Assembly (NCBI GenBank): GCA_951406725.2
Contig: OX597815.1
Coordinates: 76,880,001 to 76,944,000, forward strand
Direction: 5' to 3'
Length of the DNA: 64,000 nucleotides
DNA from: Octopus vulgaris
Taxonomy: Eukaryota
Both the position numbers and the translations under genes were made by a program. The notes under the pieces were generated by a model. It searched no databases and was not told the origin of the DNA. It was given only the letters and a program-made list of their open reading frames with translations. Of the stretch, positions 55,497 to 64,000 are shown one piece after another (positions within the stretch are counted from its first letter, which is position 1; each line of letters begins with the position of its first letter).

Positions 55497-56162
55497 TCCA
55501 TTCAAAACGGATTTAAACTTTTCCATAAAATTATTTTCTCTTACTCTTCTCCCAACTTCACTTGAGTTGTACAGTTTATAAAATAGAAATATTAAAAACC
55601 TTTTCTGATCGTGACTTTAAATGGGTTGCTTAATGGGATCTGACGAACATCGGGGTTCTTAGTTTGTTGTCAATAAATAGCTGTACAAATGCTACCGTTA
55701 CGTTTCGAGCTCTACGTAGGTTATCATCATCTAGTCTACTTCTAGTATATTGGTTCAGTTACTACTATACTTAGTAGTATTATTAGTTATGATATACAGA
55801 GCAAATATAGGAGAGACTGCGGTAAACACAAGTTTATGATAGTTGTTCATCCATAAATATTATCATTGTGGTTGTTTAGAACTCTGCATTGGATGTTCTA
55901 AGTGCAATTGGATTCTTAACCAAACAGATCACTGGAAGATAAGTTATTGTCTTGAGTTACAGGGAACAAAAGTTTGAGTTCTTTATTTTTCTGCAGCATA
56001 AAGGTTTACGTTATGCAAAAGATTCGTATTACAAATAAACCACGCTATGGAAACACGTAGACTGATGTTTTGGCCAATCCATTCACTTTCGCTTATATAT
56101 ATATATATATATATACATGCATGCATGCATACATACATACACACAATCAATCAATATATATA

Positions 56163-56275
<113 letters not shown>

Positions 56276-59200
56276 GCGTATATATGCAGTTATATGTGTA
56301 TGTATATATACGTAACTGCTCATATGACTGTATGTGCCCAAATATAAAAGTCTATCCATCACATCTAGATTCACTGAAAAATGTGCTTTTCTTTTTTTTA
56401 CTTTCTGTTAATGTTTTCCCATTATCTATCCGAGCAGAAAATAGACTATCAAATTTGTTATGTTTCTAGTGAATTCAATGTTTTGTGCGTGTGAAAGAAT
56501 GGAGTACATATCTCAGATGGCAGAAGTAATTGAAATGGGGCACTTTTCTAGAATGTTATCTCCACTATTATATCATAGTAATGACATGAACTAATACGTT
56601 CTAGAACGTTCTGTTGCTTATTTTTTATATTGCAATATTTTAGATAAATTTTCTTTTATGCTAATATTTTACTGGCTTCGCATTAAACGTCCATCTTTAC
56701 TGAAGAAAATTTTCAGCTATTCAGTAAATGTATGTGCCATGATTATATGTGCTGGATTTTAAGATACTAAATTCTTAATTTGTAATTCAGTAATCTGAAT
56801 ATTTATTGGGATATAGAGATAAGAATATACATCGGTCATGAAATACTTTTATACTACCTGCAAATGTAATTTCGTAATTGATCTAGTTCGTTTTAGATGT
56901 TTGTATGTATGTGTGTGTCTTTGTTTGTGTGCGTGTATTGTGTATGTGTGTGTGCACAAACGAAAGAAAAAAGCTCTCAGTATATCAGTAAAAGAATATA
57001 TGGAAAACACTCAGTACATAGATAAAAGTATTTATTCATAAGTAAATGGTTTTAGGGATTCATTCATTTGCTATTTAATTTTTTTCACATACATATAAAT
57101 TGTGTATAATCAATTATATGTCACCTATTAATGACTCAAGTAGTAGATAAAGCTGTTTCATATAGATTATTAGAAATGTCTTATTGGCCAAGGTAGGCCA
57201 CGAAATCTAAATTGTTGAGGAACTTAAATAGAAATACTACAATCTAAAAGCAGACGAAATAGTCATCCACAATGGAGGTTACATCGCGTGGCTTCAGTGG
57301 TTTGCAATCGCGAATATGAAACCTAACTAGCGTGCGTGTATATATACATGTGCGGTTCTGGGAGTATGTTTGTGACTAAATTAAAACCTTTCGGCTGTGT
57401 GAAGCCTCTCAAATCTGTAGATATCTCTAACTTCACAACTATTTTACTAAATGTTTCGAGACTTCGATTTAGTTTAATTTTTTCGTTTTCACCTACATAA
57501 AGATATTAGAGAGAATACGCAGTATTTATTCATACTCTCTGTGCTCTGAGTTCAAATTCCACCGAGGTCTCGTTTGCCTTTCATACTTTTGGAGTCGATC
57601 GAAACAGCACCTGTCAAAAATAATGGATTGGCAGAACTGTTTGACGGTCGAGCGAGATTCCTTGCGGTATCTATCCCGACTCGTAGCAATGATATTGATG
57701 CCACATTGCATCGACTCAAGTCATTGACTTATCTCGTCTATAAACATTGGTTACATGGAAAGAGGAAACTTGCACGTATGGGCAATTGCTGGTCTCCCCC
57801 AAAATATTTTCCCCAGCTCCACGCATCCATATGCAAATGCATATCATCAGTGACCGGCCAAAGCTCCAACTTCGTTTTCATAAGGCTTGTATAAATTCAA
57901 GTTGTATCTTCCTAGTGCAGTCTGACATCAAATTCTCTATGACGAACATTTGACAAAGATTTTGCCTGAAACAATTGAGACGTAGTGGAAGTGGCCTTAG
58001 ACCAGGCGCATTCAGATTTGCATCAGTGACTCTGAAGCAAAAAATGTACTACTTGATGTATGATGATACATTATAGCAGTTATATGTATCTATAATACGT
58101 TTTGTTCAGTATAAGAAATGCTTGTGTTAGTATTGTAAGACTCAATTGGTACGTCCGTCAGTTACCTGTCCATTGAAAATAGGTTCCATTAAATATACAT
58201 TTCACAATTTTCTTGCATTACTTTTCTCTAATTTTATGGAAGTCTTTCGTATTATTTTCTTGTGTTTTTCTATCTGAGATTTCGTGTGTATCTTTACGGA
58301 ATTCCATCATGAATAAACACGCAGCTTCGCTTGTTGCTATTATTTTTGTTGTCGTTTAACACCAAGCCAGCTCCCACTGAGCACAACTATGATCAAAGAC
58401 ATTCAAACTGTGACCATCCCATCTATTTCTTTTTTGTCAGGCCTAGTGAATTCATGGCCAACTTATCCATTGCGTCCTTCATCTTTTAAGATACAAAGGC
58501 ACAATTCGAATGAGATATGGCTGCTGCTTTTAACGAGACCGACCGTTAACATTTCGCAGAATATGCATGAAATTGATATTTTTAAAATAGCAAATAATTT
58601 CTGCTGAAGGTGCAAAAAGTATAATTTCAGAAAAATTAAATGTATTGAGCAAAATCTAATTTATGTATTTACAAACTTGAGATTCAACAATTGTGACTAT
58701 ATATAATAATGTACTTTGTATAATACTTCATTATCAACAACTTACATGTTCGCTAGAATAGGAAGTTTTTCATTCACACCATAGTGCTATACCATTCTAT
58801 AGCTAACAATATAACTAAGAATAAAACCAATGCGGTTTGTGAATGACAGATATAAACACCTTATACTAAAATCGTAAAGAAATCGGATAGCGATTTGCCT
58901 ATGTAGCACACTGTTGAAAGCAAGTGTGATTAAAATACTGGTTCGTTAATTGTATTTGGATTTAATACTATACTGTACTACAGAATCTGTGCGTAGTATT
59001 TTACCAATATTCTAGATAAAAGACAGATTTAAACACCGTCTTTGATATAATATCTTTGGACTTAGACAAATCAGATAAAGCGATTTGTATATATAATGCG
59101 CTATTGGCAGGTGGTCCGAATAAAATATTGTCACATAAAGGTATTTCTTATCAATGCTTTGCTGTACTACAGACTATATCGATAGAATTTTTTGCAAGCA

Positions 59201-61527
59201 TTGTATATAATTGAGTGGTGTCAGCGTTCTTTCTTTATACACAACATATTCAAAAGAAGTAAGGTAGATCATGCAAACTAATTTCAATTTTGTTTGGGGA
59301 TTTTATCTGTGATTAAGTAATCTCTTTTACTGTCCACAGAATGGGAGTTCGCCAAGTTAGATCCCATGGACTTGTGGTAATGGAGTTGCAGTCACGTTCT
59401 TACGAACGTGATTTCGATTCATGGGTCAGGTAGTGTGTTGTATTGTTGAACAAAACAATTAATTTCATAATCAATTATTATCTTTGTGAGAGATTGCAAT
59501 ATTGAAAATTAATTTTCTTTCAAATACAAATGATAAATTTCCAATTAGTGGCTTCATTGCTGCATACAGTATTGTCCACCATAGGAGTATTACAATGATA
59601 CAGATTTACTCATCAAATCCTTTGAGCGCTTGTCGTTCTAAGCCACATAAATCCGTTACTTTATGAGAATTTGAGGAATTGATTGCATCTTCAAGGCTTT
59701 CATCTACAAAGGACAAGATTTAATTAACCCCCTTACTTGCAAGAATGGAGAGGAAATTCTTTGAAAATGAAAGGATAATCACTAGACACCTCTAAATTAA
59801 TAACCAGTCTGCTAGCCACATTAACAAGCAGAAATCATCAGAGCAATAACTATTTACATTGCAAACACTATTTACAATTAAGAATGATTTATAAGTAGCT
59901 GATTATCCTATGGAAGAGTTGTACACTAAATCATATGCACAGACGAACAATTGGACATACAGAGAAAGAATTACATTAATACATTCAATAGACATACACG
60001 CCCGCACATGCGTACACAAATATACACAAACGCGAGCAAAGTCGTTCGAGCGTTGGACAGGCTGCGTTGCGGCATTTGTTCCGGCTCTCTCCGCTTTGAG
60101 TTAAAATACGGTCGGGGGATTAGTTGTTTGACTTTCTCTTCTTTACCTCATAACTTTAGTCCATTTGTGTGTGCGTGTGTATGATTTCTATGTATGTATC
60201 TCTCTATCTATCTGGTGAGTAGGTTCTTAGTTATAATACAATACTTTTAGCTAGTATAAGCTCGGACATGCGCGCAAACACACACATACACACACAGAGG
60301 GGGAGTGAGGAAGTTTTACAATTTAATCATTTTGGGAGGGCTGTGGATGAATTTCTAATAAATACATACTTCCTTTGTCGTATTCATTACCTATATTCAG
60401 TAAGCAAATTTTTAAAGAGGTTTTAAATATCTTTTTTAATATGATAAAGACTTGTGATTCGGTTCGATTCAGGTACGCAATGTTGATAAGTCACAAAAAT
60501 AGCGAAATATCAGTGACCATCACCCATGAATTTGATCGGAGGCGATCTGTCTCACCTGATTTTTAAATTTCAGATGTTTTAACACCCAGCGTTACGAGGG
60601 AGCCGGGATCTTTTCTGTTCGCCTGCACTTGTGGAAATTTTGAAGTTTAGTGAAAATTTTAAAAATTTGGTGTGTTGATGTAATTTTTACACGCTAAATT
60701 GCTGGAGATAATTCACTTTTTCCAATTTTTGAGGGGTTTTTTTAAATTGCAGAGGTTTAAAGTTTTATTACTTTTACCCAGTCAAAAAACAGGATCGGAT
60801 TTGTTAACTATCATTCTGTACATGGCATCACGTGTTGCCAACCTTTAAAAAAAAAATTGAAATATTAGCGGAACTCTGCTTTACGCACGCTATATAGGCC
60901 CTCATAACTTATTTCATTTTTTGTAATTTTCTGAAAATCTTTGCGAATTTGTATTCTACACACAGGAATTCATAAGAGTATACAAAAGCGAAGAAAAAAA
61001 TTTAGTGTGCGGTTAAAGGCCTATTTAGCTGTTATTTTTAGCACATCTCACGAAGACACTATACCTAGTGTTTTAAACATTTATTAAGCAAAAACTGACC
61101 ACGTGAATTGACAGGACCACAGCAGAGGCGTATGCAGCTTGGTAACAGCTTGGCTTATTTCTATGGAAACAGACACCTATATATCTGTCGATTTCGATTG
61201 GCTAGAATTACCCAAAATTTTGTAAACTTTAAAAGCTATTAACTTTTTATTTATTGATTTATTGCGAAAATAAATTACATGTCAATGATTATCATACAAA
61301 ACTACTCCAAAACACCGAATATGAAATCAATTGGAACAAAAATTGAATAGCGGCAGCCAAACAGAAAGGTTCCGGGAGTCGTCCCCCAAGCGCTATACCA
61401 CTGCGAACCAGCAAACTGAACATACATTGAGTATATGCGGTCGATAATGTTTACAACACTAATGCTGCTTTTAATTCGCTATTGAACGCACGCACACACG
61501 CACACGCACACACACACACACAAACAC

Positions 61528-61631
<104 letters not shown>

Positions 61632-62388
61632 TGGCAAATAAACTTTGCTATCCTGTACTGTTACTGTATATCTCTCGCTGAGAGATTTCAAAGTTGTTTC
61701 TCTCTCTCTCTTTATATATATATGCGTGTGTGTGTTAGAGAGAGAGAGAGAGAGACCGACAGAGACAGAGAAAGTGAGACAGACAGATAGACAGGCAGGC
61801 AGATAGACAGATAGATAAAAATCGTGCAACATGGATTTCATATCAATTGGGATATTTTTCTAATAGAGTTACTTTATTCCACACGGGTAGAAATATAGGA
61901 AAAATAGAAGTTTAAATTGCACTGAGAATAGTTGAAATATCTTTGATTGATGTATTTGAAGCTTTAACCGGTTTCACATTTTAGACTGATTCTCAAAACT
62001 TTCAAATAGAAAGACGTGGTTTATATCGCAGCTGCCTTGTTTCTGTCTAGTGTTTGAAGTTTGCCCTGTTTTTGTAGGGAGTTCATGGCTCAGATTAATA
62101 TATGTTTTGAATATGATTTGATTGGTAGAGGATATCACGTTTGGTCTTAGATATTATTGTAGGCTCCCCACTACGTCCGTGTGTTACTATCAAGTGACAA
62201 TATTTGGCGTCGTAAGTTAAGGCCGACATAGTTGACTGAACAAATCCAAACAATCAACGCTCTGAATGTTTTCTGTCAAGAGATTGTAGAGAATGAACAC
62301 ATGATTAAGTTTATAATCTTTTGTACGTTTCCCGCTACGTCCGTACGTTAGTGTCACGTGACAGTATATTTTGCGCCTAAAAAGAATG

Positions 62389-64000
62389 CCGGCATAGTTG
62401 AGTGAACATTTTTGGTTATAATCAAGGCACTCCAAATTTAATCTGTTTGGCGGGAGAGCGTACAGGAATCGTTTGTATGTAGTCCAATGGTTAAAATTTA
62501 GGTTGTTAACTGTGTATCTTCCTCATGATAAGTGGCAGAATGAATTTTATGTGTGAATAGTTATTTGTGTATGTCTTCTGTTGAAATGAATTTTGTGTGT
62601 GAATAGTTATTTGTGTATGTGTTTGTTAAGACTTGGCTTGTACTTTTGTATGAAAATATTTTCTTTGTTTACCCGTGCTTCATCTATGGTATTCACTGAA
62701 CATAGGTAGAGTAGGAAGACCTGGAATTTGGGAGACTTATTTTTTGCAAATATGTCTGTGTGATCACTCAGTAGAGTGTTTTTCAGTTCATGTATAATAC
62801 CCCATTCCTTTCGACTTGTATTGGGCTTGATCTTGGGGGTGTGGAACTTCTTTATTCATGTAGAATGTAGAAAAAGAATCACAAAATTTAATCTCAAGCT
62901 ATATTCTTAACTTTCCTAAGTTTGTAATTGCTCTTGTTTCTTACAATTGAATCGTCGCTGAACACTTTATCGCACAATTCCTCTGTTTGGCGTAGCTTTC
63001 TACAGAACTGTGAAATGTCGTTCTGTATTTTACTGGAGTTAGGGTGCTGTGGTATTGGGGTATAGTTTAGGCCTTTTGACAAAATATTAATTTCTTCTAC
63101 TGAGAAAGTTTTTCGATAGCTTTCTTATCTTCGGTTTGTACCATCTGGTGTCGAGAACTCTGTCGGTGGGATCTAAAAAATGATTTTTCAAAATTTTCCT
63201 TTTTTATTACTATTTATATATCCGAGGAGATTTTTCTCTGTTAACTTGCAGTCCTTCGTATCAATTTCGTACATTTGTTGTTCTGGACTGTGTTTGTTTC
63301 TTTCCGCAATTGTCTTTGAAGTTGATATTTTTGTCCATTGTGTGTGTCTTCGGTTTGGGGGAAATTTCAGTCCAGTCGGAGGGAAAAACTCGATTGTTTT
63401 AGATTATTTTGTTGTCGAATTAGTCTTGAATTGTTTTTATGAAATTGGTGACTATAATTTCAATATTTAGGTGTTTGATTAATCAGTGGCGAATGAGGTT
63501 TGTGGATTTTAACTTTCTTTAGGAATGGGTTCTCGGTAGAGTACTCGTTTTTAAAATGAGATTCATAATTGGAGACCCAAAGAACACTTTTCTCCCACCG
63601 TTGAAGATATATTAATTCCTCGTGTTCATATTTTTCTTTCCAAAGTTTAATAATGTTTCCTCGGTCTTCGGATGTTTTTGAAATTTCTGTTTGCATTTGT
63701 GCATCAATCGTTTTAAACTTTTTTTTGTTGGAATTTGCTCTTAGCCGTAATAGCTGGGTTACCATTCTGAATTTGTCGAGAACCATCTTTTCTCTACGTT
63801 TTTATTGTTGTTCGGGTTCATTAGCGAAAGGTCTTATATGTAGTTTCATTGGGAGGATGGTCATGAGGAAGCTACACAGCTAACAACCTAAATTTTAACC
63901 ATTGGACTACATACAAACGATTCCTGTATACTCTCCCGCCAGATAGATTAAATTTGGAGTGCCTTGATTATAACCAAAAATGTTCACTCAACTGTGTCGG
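62389..64000 (-). mobile_element. Internally deleted Penelope-like element with inverted terminal segment
   Basis: LSKGLNYTPIP...DISQFCRKLR..E is the usual PLE pre-RT motif; probable endonuclease end near 62620-62800; 62389-62508 is inverted at 63881-64000. Confidence 0.75.

Noticed and set aside
55695-55740. Third hammerhead-like string on the minus strand (GATGATGA...CTCGAAACGTAA)
   Set aside because: Core lacks CUG and stem II does not pair convincingly.

Overview
AT-rich, microsatellite-dense eukaryotic DNA, mostly intronic or intergenic. The SINE/LINE content resembles an octopus (coleoid cephalopod) genome; this is inferred from repeat style, not searched. Only one convincing host exon is visible (minus strand, 2162-2606). 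It encodes a coiled coil ending in ...VPR plus a phase-1 intron, the usual lead-in to a fibrinogen-related domain. The rest is transposon debris: R4/Dong-like RLE LINE fragments, an internally deleted mariner, a decayed Helitron PIF1 helicase, an L1/Tx1 3' fragment, Penelope-like element (PLE) remnants, a possible Harbinger remnant and many tRNA-derived SINEs. About 9.1 kb (10737-19802) is repeated near-identically after a 100-N gap (19903-29076), most likely an uncollapsed haplotype overlap. The most unusual signal is a short non-coding element present three times. It has a tRNA-like Pol III head, an (AAT)n spacer, a minimal type-I hammerhead-ribozyme motif and a conserved tail, and one copy lies just downstream of a Penelope GIY-YIG remnant. 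Most ORFs in the supplied track are microsatellite read-throughs. TE boundaries are approximate and read by eye.
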